Positions 1 to 9,559 of a stretch of DNA of 64,000 bases are shown in pieces. The translations under genes were made by a program, and so were the position numbers. The DNA is from an uncultured bacterium (GTDB taxonomy: Bacteria; Patescibacteriota; Patescibacteriia; UBA1558; GWA2-36-10). Location of the stretch: positions 29,631-93,630 of the forward strand of contig CAINYB010000006.1 of assembly GCA_903855135.1 (NCBI GenBank), given 5' to 3'. Under the pieces are notes generated by a model. It was not told where the DNA came from. It did no database searches and saw nothing but the letters and a program-made list of their open reading frames with translations. How positions within the stretch are numbered: position 1 is the stretch's first letter; every line of letters begins with the position of its first letter.

Positions 1-699
1 TCTTGATCCTCGCCACTATCGCATCATGCACTTCGGCTGGTAACTCCACCTTATCATGTAATTCGCCATCTATTCTAAATCTGATCACGACAGCGTCAGG
101 TAAGGCCTCGATATGAATATCAGAAGCTTGATCAAATAAAGCATACTCTAAAATCACATCAACGATTTGGATAATCGGTAAGTCCAACTGACTTGGTGTA
201 CCTTGGACTTGTTTAAATTTTTGGTTAATAATTTCATGCAACTCTTCGGTAATATTTTTTTCATACAAATGAGCAGCGAAAAAGAAATTTTTACTACTAG
301 TTAAATATGGCGCAATTGGTTTTTTTAAAGATTGAGTGACAGCATCGACACTTTCTTTTCTCAAAGGATCAACAAAAGCTACTTTTATTTTATCCTGTTC
401 AATGGCAAAAGGAATAGCTTGATTGTCACGCGCAATTTTTTCGTCTAATAAATTGACAATTTCTGACTCTAATTTTATTTTACGTAAATTAGCATATGGC
501 ACTTTAATCAAGTCTCCAAGTAATTCATATAAAAATAGCTCATTAAAAAAACCTCTCTCTATCAATACTTCTTCGATAGCGCGACGACGACGAGAGGCGT
601 TTTTTTTCGCGTTTTCCCAATCAGTTTCCGTGATAACTTTTTGGGCTAACAATACTTTTTTTATTTCTTCTTCGGAAATTGGTAAACTTGAACTGGCCA
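1..699 (-). CDS. Type IV pilus/type II secretion ATPase PilB/GspE, N-terminal portion; the C-terminal ATPase half lies beyond the window edge
   Basis: My own translation of the minus strand from ATG at 699 is open to position 1. It contains the GspE/PilB N-domain signature IQIVDVILEYALFDQASDIHIEALPDAVVIRFRIDGELHD. It is absent from the ORF track because the frame has no stop inside the window. Confidence 0.7.
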
Positions 700-782
700 T
701 AATATATTTAAAGTAATTTAAACTAAATAATTATTTATATTATACCATATTTTAGAAATAAACTATAATTTATTTTATTCGT

Positions 783-804
783 GTCCCCGCGTACGCGGGG
801 AAGA
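783..804 (-). terminator. GC-rich hairpin (tccccgcg-tac-gcgggga) downstream of the FG-GAP/LDT gene; exact 20-nt copy of 50321-50340
   Basis: Perfect 8-bp GC stem in AT-rich background immediately 3' of a minus-strand stop; identical sequence recurs at 50321-50340. Confidence 0.6.
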
Positions 805-833
805 CGAAAGAAGTATTGATTTAGAAAAATATT

Positions 834-2213
834 TTATTCGTGGATAATTACTTTAGTGCCAAGTGCTGTAATGTTGTATAAATACTCTGCTGGGCCAACA
901 CCTAAGCGTACACAACCATGAGAAGCTTTCTTTCCTAAATGTGCTTCACCCTCTTTGTAGCCATTTGGCCACTCTGGTAATTCATGTAAACCATAGCCTT
1001 TTTGGACATTAAAGGCCATCCAATAAGGCATATAAAGTCCATAAGCTCTTGAATATCGCCTTTCTTGCTTATAATCTACAGTGAATTCGCCTATTGGCGT
1101 CGGCATCCTGTCTAAGCCAGAAGATACGGGAAAGCTAGCTATTTCTATGCCATGATAAGCATAAACTTTGAGATTTTGTTCACTTAAATCAATGTCGATA
1201 TACTTTTCTACATCGGTTCGGCCAGTGGTTTTATGGGCGGGAAAAAATAATAATTTATTTTCTAAGTCAACTAAATTTAAACCAGTTAATAAATCTGGAG
1301 CAAAGGCCATGAATTCATTTTTCAAATTACCAAAGCCATCAAAAATTTTTACATGTGGTCCACCTGATAGTTGCGGTACGGTGATAATTTCCTCTTTATT
1401 ATCATTATCTATATCTAAAGCTAAAACTTCAAATCCAGCTTTAAATTTTTCTTCATAAGTCAAAAAACTATTTACTTCAGAACCATCTAAACGATAAATA
1501 TAAAGTTTTGGATAACGATCAGCATCAGAAGCTAGTAAAATTTCATCCATTTCGTCACCACCCAAATCTACACGAGTGATCTTAAAATCTGGTCCCAAAT
1601 CATAAGGCACGATAAAATTAATGTCTAAATTTTCACCAAAACGATTAAAAACTTTGACGTGAACTTGATTATTTTCATAAATAGCCGTGGCTATTTCTCG
1701 TCGGCCATCTTGATTAGCATCGATACTCGCTACTTTGACGCCACTATTTGTTTTGGGGAAAGCAAACCATTCTTTGCCAAATTTTAGCTCACCATAGCCA
1801 TTAAATATTCTGACATGAGAACCACCACTGCCATTTACACCAGTAATAATCTCTTGTTTATTATCACCGTCTAGATCTCCAACCGTTAATTCCACGCCTT
1901 GAGTCATATCTTCTTTATAGGCTAGCCAGCTTTTTATTAAACTGCCATCTTGCCTCAAGATTTTTACATAAGGCAGACCCTTTTTTTTGGTACTTAAAAC
2001 TAATTCATCCATGCCATCGCCACCAAGATCAACTGAAGCGATATTAAATTCACTAAAATCTTGTAAATTTTCTGTTGACCACAAAAAATCACTGACTGTT
2101 TTATCAGTCGGTGACCATAAACGGCCGCGATCAAAATCAATCGCGCCAAAAACTATCTTTGGAGTTAAAAATATAAAGCTAAACAAAAAGTAATATAGTA
2201 TCTTTTTGTGCAT
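834..2213 (-). CDS. Secreted protein with FG-GAP/VCBS-like repeats and a C-terminal L,D-transpeptidase (YkuD) domain
   Basis: N-terminal signal peptide; repeated DLGGDGMDE / GDLDGDNKQEI / DANQDGRREI / DLGGDEMDE / DIDNDNKEEI calcium-binding-like repeats; C-terminal ...GKKASHGCVRLG motif typical of the YkuD catalytic Cys region. Confidence 0.6.
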   Translation of the reverse strand: MHKKILYYFLFSFIFLTPKIVFGAIDFDRGRLWSPTDKTVSDFLWSTENLQDFSEFNIASVDLGGDGMDELVLSTKKKGLPYVKILRQDGSLIKSWLAYKEDMTQGVELTVGDLDGDNKQEIITGVNGSGGSHVRIFNGYGELKFGKEWFAFPKTNSGVKVASIDANQDGRREIATAIYENNQVHVKVFNRFGENLDINFIVPYDLGPDFKITRVDLGGDEMDEILLASDADRYPKLYIYRLDGSEVNSFLTYEEKFKAGFEVLALDIDNDNKEEIITVPQLSGGPHVKIFDGFGNLKNEFMAFAPDLLTGLNLVDLENKLLFFPAHKTTGRTDVEKYIDIDLSEQNLKVYAYHGIEIASFPVSSGLDRMPTPIGEFTVDYKQERRYSRAYGLYMPYWMAFNVQKGYGLHELPEWPNGYKEGEAHLGKKASHGCVRLGVGPAEYLYNITALGTKVIIHE

Positions 2214-2255
2214 TTTTATTTATGTTTTTTTGTTTTTATGTAATTTCTTTACCTT

Positions 2256-2276
2256 TTTCCCGCCTACGGCGGGAAA
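2256..2276 (-). terminator. GC hairpin (tttcccgcc-tac-ggcgggaaa)
   Basis: Perfect palindrome downstream of minus-strand gene 2389..2640; second hairpin follows at 2354-2374. Confidence 0.55.
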
Positions 2277-2353
2277 TAAGCTTATATTTACCCGGAGATT
2301 TTCTGTCTCCTTTTGAATTAATACTTTCTTCCACCTTTTCCGCGTATACTGTT

Positions 2354-2374
2354 TTCCTCCGCGTAGCGGAGGAA
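2354..2374 (-). terminator. GC hairpin (ttcctccgc-gta-gcggaggaa)
   Basis: Perfect 9-bp stem with triloop, 15 nt 3' of the stop of the small lipoprotein gene. Confidence 0.55.
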
Positions 2375-2388
2375 ATATAGGGTATAGT

Positions 2389-2640
2389 TTATTTCTGGAA
2401 TCTTAAATCACAAGATCTCTGACAAGAATCAAAACCTTGCTGTAAACAATTTGCTTGACCCTCGATGTTAACTTCACAAAAATTATCTTGGCACATTTTC
2501 ACACAAGACTTGTGATCGGTAAAAGGCACAATGGCAGTATCTACTTCCGCTGCTTTGCCCGTCACACTACAAGCACTCAAAGTCAAGCTTAAAGTAAGAA
2601 GTAAAAAAGATATAGCTGTTTTATTTGCTTTATTTTCCAT
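2389..2640 (-). CDS. Small cysteine-rich lipoprotein (83 aa)
   Basis: Signal peptide ending in lipobox LTLSAC; mature part has 7 further Cys (CVKMCQDNFCEV...NCLQQGFDSCQRSC). Confidence 0.45.
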   Translation of the reverse strand: MENKANKTAISFLLLTLSLTLSACSVTGKAAEVDTAIVPFTDHKSCVKMCQDNFCEVNIEGQANCLQQGFDSCQRSCDLRFQK

Positions 2641-2642
2641 AT

Positions 2643-3821
2643 TTAAACAATAACTATTTTTTTATCTTGATAAACAGTTTCTTCTACAAACTTATTTACT
2701 ATTATTTGAAATTGATCAAATTCATTTTTAAATTTTTCTCTGCCTTCTGGAAATGATAAATTTAATTCTTTCATTTTTCTTAATACACTAAAAAATTCTG
2801 TTTTAATGTCTACTTTTTTTAAAAATTCTACCATTTTTGGAAATTTTGTTTCTAAATTATCTAAATCTGCCATACTTAAATTTGACCAATCGTTTTTAAG
2901 TTGTTTCCCTTCTTTATTTAGCGCAATATGGAATTCTTCCCAATCTTTATTAATTTCTTTCAAAACTATCTCTTGTCCTCTTCTGTCAGCTGGTAAAAAT
3001 TTTTGTAAAAAATCTTCGACAGTCATAAAACCAAAACGAACTTTATACAAAAAGTCTCCAGTTTCTAATAATTTTTTTAAACGATTATGATTAATCTGCC
3101 CATTTTGATCAATAAATTGTAGCCAAGTTGATTGACTATGATGGGTAAATGCTTTATCCGTGATTTGAAAACCTAATCTTTTAGCGACTGGCGTGTCCAT
3201 CAGCCAAGATGTTCCGGTGATAAATTTTACTTTTGGGTATTTATCTATAATTTCTTCCGCTAATTTACCAAACCATATGTGTAAATTCTCTGGATTTAAT
3301 TCTGTTTCTGCTTTTTTAAAAAATTCTTCAACGTGTATCTCTAAACATTCGTCTGATTTTTTAATACCATATTCTTCCAAATTCGTTTCTCTGTTATCAC
3401 TAATATTATGTCTAATGGGACCTATGCTACGCTCTTGATTATTACTAATTGGCTTATCTTTCTTTTTAAGTTCTTTAAGAAAGTTTTTTTTACTTAAAAC
3501 TAGCTGAAAAATTTGTGTATGCCAATCTTCTTGATGATCATGATGTATTTGATCTATATTTACTAAAATTGGCTGTAAAAATTCTTGCCAAGCATCTTCA
3601 TTTGCCCCCTCTGTTTGATTATACTCATTACTTAGGTCAGAAATAATAGTTGTGTATTGGTCTAGAATTTGTGTAAATTTAATCTCTGGATTTGTAAGTA
3701 CTTCTTGAGAAAATTTTTGACCAGCAAAATATAACTGAATTTCTGATAATTTTTCATACAAAAGCCTCTCGTGTTCTTGAGGGTCTTCGGCATTTATTCT
3801 TGTTTCAAAACTATTTTCCAT
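2643..3821 (-). CDS. Hypothetical acidic protein. Start is probably Met at MENSFETR (3821), which overlaps the secA stop by 11 nt; the track start at 3893 runs deep into secA.
   Basis: Long uninterrupted ORF, no recognisable motif; start re-assigned to avoid an 83-nt overlap with secA. Confidence 0.4.
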   Translation of the reverse strand: MENSFETRINAEDPQEHERLLYEKLSEIQLYFAGQKFSQEVLTNPEIKFTQILDQYTTIISDLSNEYNQTEGANEDAWQEFLQPILVNIDQIHHDHQEDWHTQIFQLVLSKKNFLKELKKKDKPISNNQERSIGPIRHNISDNRETNLEEYGIKKSDECLEIHVEEFFKKAETELNPENLHIWFGKLAEEIIDKYPKVKFITGTSWLMDTPVAKRLGFQITDKAFTHHSQSTWLQFIDQNGQINHNRLKKLLETGDFLYKVRFGFMTVEDFLQKFLPADRRGQEIVLKEINKDWEEFHIALNKEGKQLKNDWSNLSMADLDNLETKFPKMVEFLKKVDIKTEFFSVLRKMKELNLSFPEGREKFKNEFDQFQIIVNKFVEETVYQDKKIVIV

Positions 3822-6567
3822 GACAATGTTTATATTTTTTACCAGAGCCACAAAAACAAAGATCATTGCGACCAATTTTATGACCGCTAGCATCTTTTGG
3901 TTTAGTAGCTAAAACTTGATTAGCTTGAGCCCTTTCCTCTACTTGCTGTTGAAAAGGACTAAAGCCTTGCTTTTGTTCATTGAATTGTCGCATTTGCTGA
4001 ACTTGGGGTGCGGCCATTTTACGAGCAATACCGACTTTAAAAATAGCATAAACTATTTGTTGGCGAATAGCATTAATCAAACTATTAAACAATATAAAAG
4101 CTTCACGTTTGTACTCTACTAGTGGATCACGCTGTCCGTAGCCCTGTAAGCCAATACCGGTACGTAATTTGTCCATGGCCGTCAAATGCTCTACCCATAA
4201 AGTATCCACGCTACGCAAGACTAAACCGCGCTCGATCATCTGCATCGGGGCGATTTGCTCATCATTAATATCAATCGAGCTGTTGATAGTTTCGGTTTGC
4301 TCCTGATATTTTGTTTTGGCTAAAGCCTGCAAATAAGTGATTAATTCTGTGCGAGCAACATGATCATGACTTTTTTCTACTTGCTCTAATAATTCTTTGA
4401 TTTTTGCAATCTCCTCTTCAGAAACAGTAAAAATATTTTTGATAGTTTCGATGATTTCTTGAGGATTGAAATCACCGTGCTCTTCTTTACCTAAAGTATG
4501 AAAAGAAACCACTTCTTCAATTTCTTTATTGATTTGTTCTAAAACAAAATTTTGTGCTAATTCTGCTTTAGCTGTTTTGTCATTGATGTCCGTAAAAATA
4601 GTCAAAAAGTTTTGACGTAGTTTATAAACTACTTGACGATGTTTATTTATCACATCATCATACTCGACTAAATGTTTACGAATATCAAAGTTATGACCTT
4701 CTACTTTTTTCTGAGCAGCTTCAATAGAATTAGAAATCATTTTATTTTCAATGGCGGTTTCTTCATCCAAACCCAAAGTAGTCATCAATGATTTGATTCT
4801 ATCAGAGCCGAAAATACGCATCAAATCATCATCCAAAGAAATATAAAATTGAGAAGAACCAGGATCACCCTGACGACCAGCACGTCCTCTGAGCTGATTG
4901 TCGATACGACGAGACTCATGTCTTTCGGTACCTAAAACATGCAAGCCACCTAAAGCTTTTATTTCTTCGTGTTTATCTTTATCAAAAGGTATACCACCCA
5001 AAACAATGTCCACACCTCTACCAGCCATATTGGTCGCTACCGTAACAGCACCTTTTTTACCTGCCTGTGCTAAAATTTCAGCCTCTTTAGCGTGCTGTTT
5101 AGCATTTAAAAGACTAAAAGGAATACCAGTTTTTTCTAGCATTGCTGCTAGCTCTTCATTTTTTTCGATAGAAACTGTACCGACTAGCACCGGCTGACCA
5201 GCCTGATGTCGCTCTTCGATTTCTTTGACAATAGCCTTGAGTTTACCGCGATAAGATTTATAAATACGATCTTTTTTATCATTTCTGACAAAAGGCTTAT
5301 TACCCGGCACTACTGTCACATCTAAGCTATAGATTTTAGCCATTTCTTCGGCTTCAGTTTCGGCTGTACCAGTCATACCAGCTAGCTTGTCATACATTCT
5401 AAAATAATTTTGGAAAGTAATGGTGGCCAAAGTCATGCTTTCTTTTTGAACTGATACTCCTTCTTTGGCTTCGATGGCTTGATGTAAGCCCTCAGAATAT
5501 CTACGACCTTCCATCATACGGCCAGTAAATTCATCGATGATGATAACTTCATTATTTTTCACCACATAATCTCTGTCTATCTGAAATAAAGTTTTCGCAC
5601 GCAAAGCTTGCTCCAAGTGATGAATAGTGCTTAAACCATGACTTTCATAAATATTATCAACGTTGAGTAATTCTTCCATTTTTTTCACACCAGCTTCTGT
5701 CAAAGTAGCCGTGCGCATCTTTTCATCGATATTATAATGCTCATCTGCTTGTAAAACATTGACTAGCTGAGAGAACTGTTGATATTGAGCAGCTGATTCT
5801 TCGGCTGGTGCGGAAATAATAAGTGGAGTTCTAGCTTCATCGATCAAAATACTATCGACTTCATCGACAATAGCATAGTGCAAACCACGTTGCGCTTGTT
5901 CGTCTATGCTTTGCGCCATATTATCACGCAAGTAGTCAAAACCAAACTCATTATTAGTACCATAAGTAATATCAGCATTATAGGCTTCTTTTCTGGTCAC
6001 TGACTGTAAATAATCAGTCACCACTTTGACACCAGCATCTCGTGTCTGATCATCTTGAGTGTCAGCTGCTTGTTTATTATAAATAAAAGAAGCATCGTGC
6101 TGAATCACACCGATACTCAAACCTAAGAAATCATAAATTTGGCCCATCCAAGTAGCATCACGTTTAGCTAAATAGTCATTGACGGTCACGACATGCACAC
6201 CTTTGCCTTCTAAAGCATTTAAATAAACAGCTAAAGTAGCGGTCAAAGTCTTACCTTCACCAGTTTTCATTTCCGCGATTTGACCTTGATGTAAAACCAT
6301 GCCGCCTAATAACTGCACATCAAAATGTCTTTGCTTCAAAGTACGAAAAGCAGCTAATTTGACTAAAGCAAAAGCTGGCACTAATAGCTCTTCTAAATTA
6401 GCACCGGTTTGGGCTTGAGTTTTTAATTCAAGTGATTTAGTTTTTAATTCTTCATCAGATAAATCTTGCCAAGCTTGTTCTTGCTTGTTTATTTCTTCAA
6501 TCTGTGGATTTAATTTATCTAAAAAACGTTGGTTGGCATCGCCGAAAATTTTTTGTATCCAGGACAT
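3811..6567 (-). CDS. secA: Preprotein translocase ATPase SecA
   Basis: 918 aa; DEAD-like motor motifs (KTGEGKTL, DEVDSILIDEARTPLIIS); C-terminal zinc finger CFCGSGKKYKHCHG. Confidence 0.95.
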   Translation of the reverse strand: MSWIQKIFGDANQRFLDKLNPQIEEINKQEQAWQDLSDEELKTKSLELKTQAQTGANLEELLVPAFALVKLAAFRTLKQRHFDVQLLGGMVLHQGQIAEMKTGEGKTLTATLAVYLNALEGKGVHVVTVNDYLAKRDATWMGQIYDFLGLSIGVIQHDASFIYNKQAADTQDDQTRDAGVKVVTDYLQSVTRKEAYNADITYGTNNEFGFDYLRDNMAQSIDEQAQRGLHYAIVDEVDSILIDEARTPLIISAPAEESAAQYQQFSQLVNVLQADEHYNIDEKMRTATLTEAGVKKMEELLNVDNIYESHGLSTIHHLEQALRAKTLFQIDRDYVVKNNEVIIIDEFTGRMMEGRRYSEGLHQAIEAKEGVSVQKESMTLATITFQNYFRMYDKLAGMTGTAETEAEEMAKIYSLDVTVVPGNKPFVRNDKKDRIYKSYRGKLKAIVKEIEERHQAGQPVLVGTVSIEKNEELAAMLEKTGIPFSLLNAKQHAKEAEILAQAGKKGAVTVATNMAGRGVDIVLGGIPFDKDKHEEIKALGGLHVLGTERHESRRIDNQLRGRAGRQGDPGSSQFYISLDDDLMRIFGSDRIKSLMTTLGLDEETAIENKMISNSIEAAQKKVEGHNFDIRKHLVEYDDVINKHRQVVYKLRQNFLTIFTDINDKTAKAELAQNFVLEQINKEIEEVVSFHTLGKEEHGDFNPQEIIETIKNIFTVSEEEIAKIKELLEQVEKSHDHVARTELITYLQALAKTKYQEQTETINSSIDINDEQIAPMQMIERGLVLRSVDTLWVEHLTAMDKLRTGIGLQGYGQRDPLVEYKREAFILFNSLINAIRQQIVYAIFKVGIARKMAAPQVQQMRQFNEQKQGFSPFQQQVEERAQANQVLATKPKDASGHKIGRNDLCFCGSGKKYKHCHGK

Positions 6568-6586
6568 AATGTGTTATATATTCTAT

Positions 6587-6937
6587 TTACTGCCAAAATT
6601 TTAAAGATTTTATCGAATTAGTTGCTCTTTTCCAACGGCTAATATTTTTATCTTTAAGCTTGAGCAATTGACGACTTAGCTTGTCTTGTAAAATATCTAC
6701 CGCTGCTCTAGGATCAGCGTGCATTTCACTCAAAACTAATTGCTTTTTATTTGGCAAAGCTACTTTTACTTCTACTTGAAAAACCTCTCCTTTTTTATGA
6801 TGTTGATCGCGAGACAAATTAACCTCAAAAGAGCTAATATCTCCCTGATATCTATCTAGGCTAGAAAATTTATCTTGTAGATAAATCTCAAAACTATCCG
6901 TTAAATCAAAGTTTTTGTTGTAGATTTTAATGTTCAT
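6587..6937 (-). CDS. hpf: Ribosome hibernation promoting factor / RaiA (short form)
   Basis: 116 aa; family-typical N-terminus MNIKIYNKNFDLTDSFEIYLQDKF... and the EMHADPRAAVDILQDKL segment. Confidence 0.75.
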   Translation of the reverse strand: MNIKIYNKNFDLTDSFEIYLQDKFSSLDRYQGDISSFEVNLSRDQHHKKGEVFQVEVKVALPNKKQLVLSEMHADPRAAVDILQDKLSRQLLKLKDKNISRWKRATNSIKSLKFWQ

Positions 6938-7030
6938 AGCTTTTTATTGTTCACTCGCCCTGTGGGCGATTAATTAATTACTTAATTACACTTTAAATAT
7001 ACCAAAAAGAGCCCAAAAAATCAATACCAA

Positions 7031-7055
7031 AAAACTGCTTAAATTAAGCAGTTTT
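7031..7055 (-). terminator. Hairpin aaaactgcttaa-a-ttaagcagtttt followed by a T-tract on the minus strand (alaS terminator)
   Basis: 12-bp perfect stem 22 nt after the alaS stop; run of U in the minus-strand transcript. Confidence 0.6.
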
Positions 7056-7076
7056 AAAGCTAACATTAGCTAAAAT

Positions 7077-8846
7077 TTATTCTAAAATGGCTTTAATACG
7101 TCGTATGCCAGCAGAACTAGACTCTTCTTTTAAGATCTTAAAATGACCTAATTCGCTAGTATTTTCGACATGTGGGCCACCACAAATTTCTCGGCTAAAG
7201 AAATTAGCGTCAGATCCCACTGTATAAACCTTTACTTTTTCTCCATATTTATGGCCAAATAAACCAATCGCGCCTTTATTTTTAGCCTCTTCTACGGTCA
7301 TTTCTTGCCAAGACATTGGCAATTTAGCATTAATCTGTTGATTCACTAAATCCTCTACTTGGCTGATTTGTTCAGGAGTCATTTTGTCTGGGTGGACAAA
7401 GTCAAAACGCATGCGTTCAGCATTGATATTACTACCACGTTGTTCCACATGATCACCTAAAACAGTACGTAAAGCCTGATGTAAAAGATGCGTAGCCGTA
7501 TGATATTTACGACTCATGTCGCTATCATCAGCAAGTCCTCCTTTGAACATACCAGCGGAAGCAGTGCGAGATAATTCCTGATGTTTTAAAAATGCCTCTT
7601 TATATTCTGCTTCTGAAAACTTTAAACCTTTTTCTTGTGCCAATTCTAAAGTTAATTCAATCGGAAAACCATAAGTAGCAAAAAGTTCAAAAGCAGTTTG
7701 TGCATTTAAATTATTAGCCTGAAATAATTTTTCAAATTGTTTTAAACCATTTTGTAAAGTTTGATTAAACTTTTCTTCTTCTTTTTGTAGTTCAGTAAAA
7801 ATAAAACTTTTATTTTTTTCTAATTCTGGATAAGTATTTTTAAAATTATCTATCACGACTTGCACTAAAATAGTTGTAAAGCCAGCTTGAATGTTTAGAT
7901 TTTTAGCAAAACGAATTGCTCGTCTGATCACACGTCTTAAAACATAGCCTTGGCCAGTATTTGACGGTGATACACCTTTTGGATCACCTAATAAAAAAGT
8001 AGCTGAGCGCATGTGATCAGCGATCACCCGAAAAGATTTAGTGTCTTCTGTATATTTTTTAGCACTCAAGTCCTCTATTTTTTGAATCAGCGGATAAAAT
8101 AAATCTGTTAGATAATTATCAGCCAAGCCATTTAAAACTGCCAAAGTTCTTTCTAGACCCATACCAGTATCAATATTTTTTTGGGCTAAAGGCAAAAATT
8201 GACCATCAATAGTTTTGTTATATTCCATGAAAACATTATTCCAGATCTCTACCCAATTTTTATCTGTGGGATCAAAATCTTCTGGCACAGCATCTTTATC
8301 GCCTACCCAATAAAATATCTCTGTATCCGGACCACAAGGGCCGCTGGTGCCTGCTGGACCCCACCAGTTATCATCTACGCCTAGTTTAGCTATTCTTGGT
8401 GCTTTGACGCCTAAACTAAGCCATTTATCATAAGCTATTTTATCTTCACCGACGTTTTCATTGCCTGCAAAAACAGAAACTGCTAAATATTTATCCTCTA
8501 TAACTAATTCTTTGGTCAAAAATTCCCAAGCAAAATCAATAGCTTGGATTTTATCATAATCACCCAAAGACCAATTACCCAGCATCTCAAAAAAAGTGTG
8601 GTGGGTAGTGTCTCCTACTTCTTCAATGTCTCCTGTGCGCCAACATTTTTGTACGTCAACCAATCTTGTGCCACTTGGATGTTTTTCACCCATTAAATAT
8701 GGCACCAAAGGATGCATACCAGCGGTCGTAAATAAAACCGTTGGATCATTTTCGGGAATCAAAGACGCTGAAGAAATAATAGCGTGATTATTTTTTTGAA
8801 AATACGTTAAAAATTTTTCTCTTAACTTTTGTCCTGTTATATTCAT
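7077..8846 (-). CDS. alaS: Alanyl-tRNA synthetase, compact form (catalytic + editing domains, no C-Ala domain)
   Basis: Class II AlaRS N-terminus (FLTYFQKNNHAIISSASLIP, TTAGMHP, FFEMLGNWSLGDY); editing-domain HTATHLLHQAL and CGGPHV motifs; protein ends right after the editing domain. Start moved to Met at 8846 because the track start overlaps upstream hairpins. Confidence 0.85.
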   Translation of the reverse strand: MNITGQKLREKFLTYFQKNNHAIISSASLIPENDPTVLFTTAGMHPLVPYLMGEKHPSGTRLVDVQKCWRTGDIEEVGDTTHHTFFEMLGNWSLGDYDKIQAIDFAWEFLTKELVIEDKYLAVSVFAGNENVGEDKIAYDKWLSLGVKAPRIAKLGVDDNWWGPAGTSGPCGPDTEIFYWVGDKDAVPEDFDPTDKNWVEIWNNVFMEYNKTIDGQFLPLAQKNIDTGMGLERTLAVLNGLADNYLTDLFYPLIQKIEDLSAKKYTEDTKSFRVIADHMRSATFLLGDPKGVSPSNTGQGYVLRRVIRRAIRFAKNLNIQAGFTTILVQVVIDNFKNTYPELEKNKSFIFTELQKEEEKFNQTLQNGLKQFEKLFQANNLNAQTAFELFATYGFPIELTLELAQEKGLKFSEAEYKEAFLKHQELSRTASAGMFKGGLADDSDMSRKYHTATHLLHQALRTVLGDHVEQRGSNINAERMRFDFVHPDKMTPEQISQVEDLVNQQINAKLPMSWQEMTVEEAKNKGAIGLFGHKYGEKVKVYTVGSDANFFSREICGGPHVENTSELGHFKILKEESSSAGIRRIKAILE

Positions 8847-8868
8847 AAAATCATCATTATTATCTCGT

Positions 8869-8888
8869 ATCTCCGCTAACGCGGAGAT
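8869..8888 (-). terminator. GC hairpin (atctccgc-taac-gcggagat), first of a tandem pair
   Basis: Downstream of the membrane protein gene 8952..9551; second hairpin at 8911-8932 (cacacccgc-gtca-gcgggtgtg). Confidence 0.55.
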
Positions 8889-8951
8889 AGATCTAAGCCA
8901 CTTATAGTTCCACACCCGCGTCAGCGGGTGTGATCTAAATGGCGTATTAAT

Positions 8952-9551
8952 TTATTTTTTAAATTTATCAAAAAACCAATCACTATATTTATAGACCAAA
9001 ACAGATGAGACTGGCAGACTCATAAAGCCCAATAACACATCATATAGTGTATCATTTGGCTCAGTTGCTGTAAAAAACATATTTTTGTTTAAATAAATCG
9101 TAATAAAATATTCAAATAATTCCCATAATAAAATTAAAGACATGGAAACCACTAAAGTCGCTAATACTAAATCAGATTTGGTAGTTTTGATATTTAAATG
9201 TAAAGTTCCAGCTTTAAAAAATATTGAAAATAAAATAAATAGGGCTAAAGGCGTAAAAAAGTGTACATAAGTATCATAGTGATAAATATTATCAAACAAC
9301 CACAAATAACCAGCTACTGATAACAACATCACAGCTGAAAAACCAATCTCAATCCAGTCTAAAAACTCATTGGAAATATTTTCATGTAGACCTAAACGGC
9401 GGTAGATAATACGTGGCAAAAATAAAACTGCAGCAAAAGCTAAATAACCTAAAACTACAAAAATACTATGTCCAGTGATCAAAAAATAAGCTGACATAAA
9501 CATCAAAAGTACGCTAACAGCATTGATAAATTGACGAATTTTTAATTTCAT
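8952..9551 (-). CDS. Polytopic membrane protein, unknown function
   Basis: 199 aa, about 5 predicted TM segments, no recognisable motif. Confidence 0.4.
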   Translation of the reverse strand: MKLKIRQFINAVSVLLMFMSAYFLITGHSIFVVLGYLAFAAVLFLPRIIYRRLGLHENISNEFLDWIEIGFSAVMLLSVAGYLWLFDNIYHYDTYVHFFTPLALFILFSIFFKAGTLHLNIKTTKSDLVLATLVVSMSLILLWELFEYFITIYLNKNMFFTATEPNDTLYDVLLGFMSLPVSSVLVYKYSDWFFDKFKK

Positions 9552-9559
9552 AAAATTAT

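Noticed and set aside
423-716. Plus-strand 97-aa ORF at the window start
   Set aside because: It lies entirely inside the minus-strand PilB/GspE reading frame, which has clear family motifs. It is a low-complexity shadow ORF.
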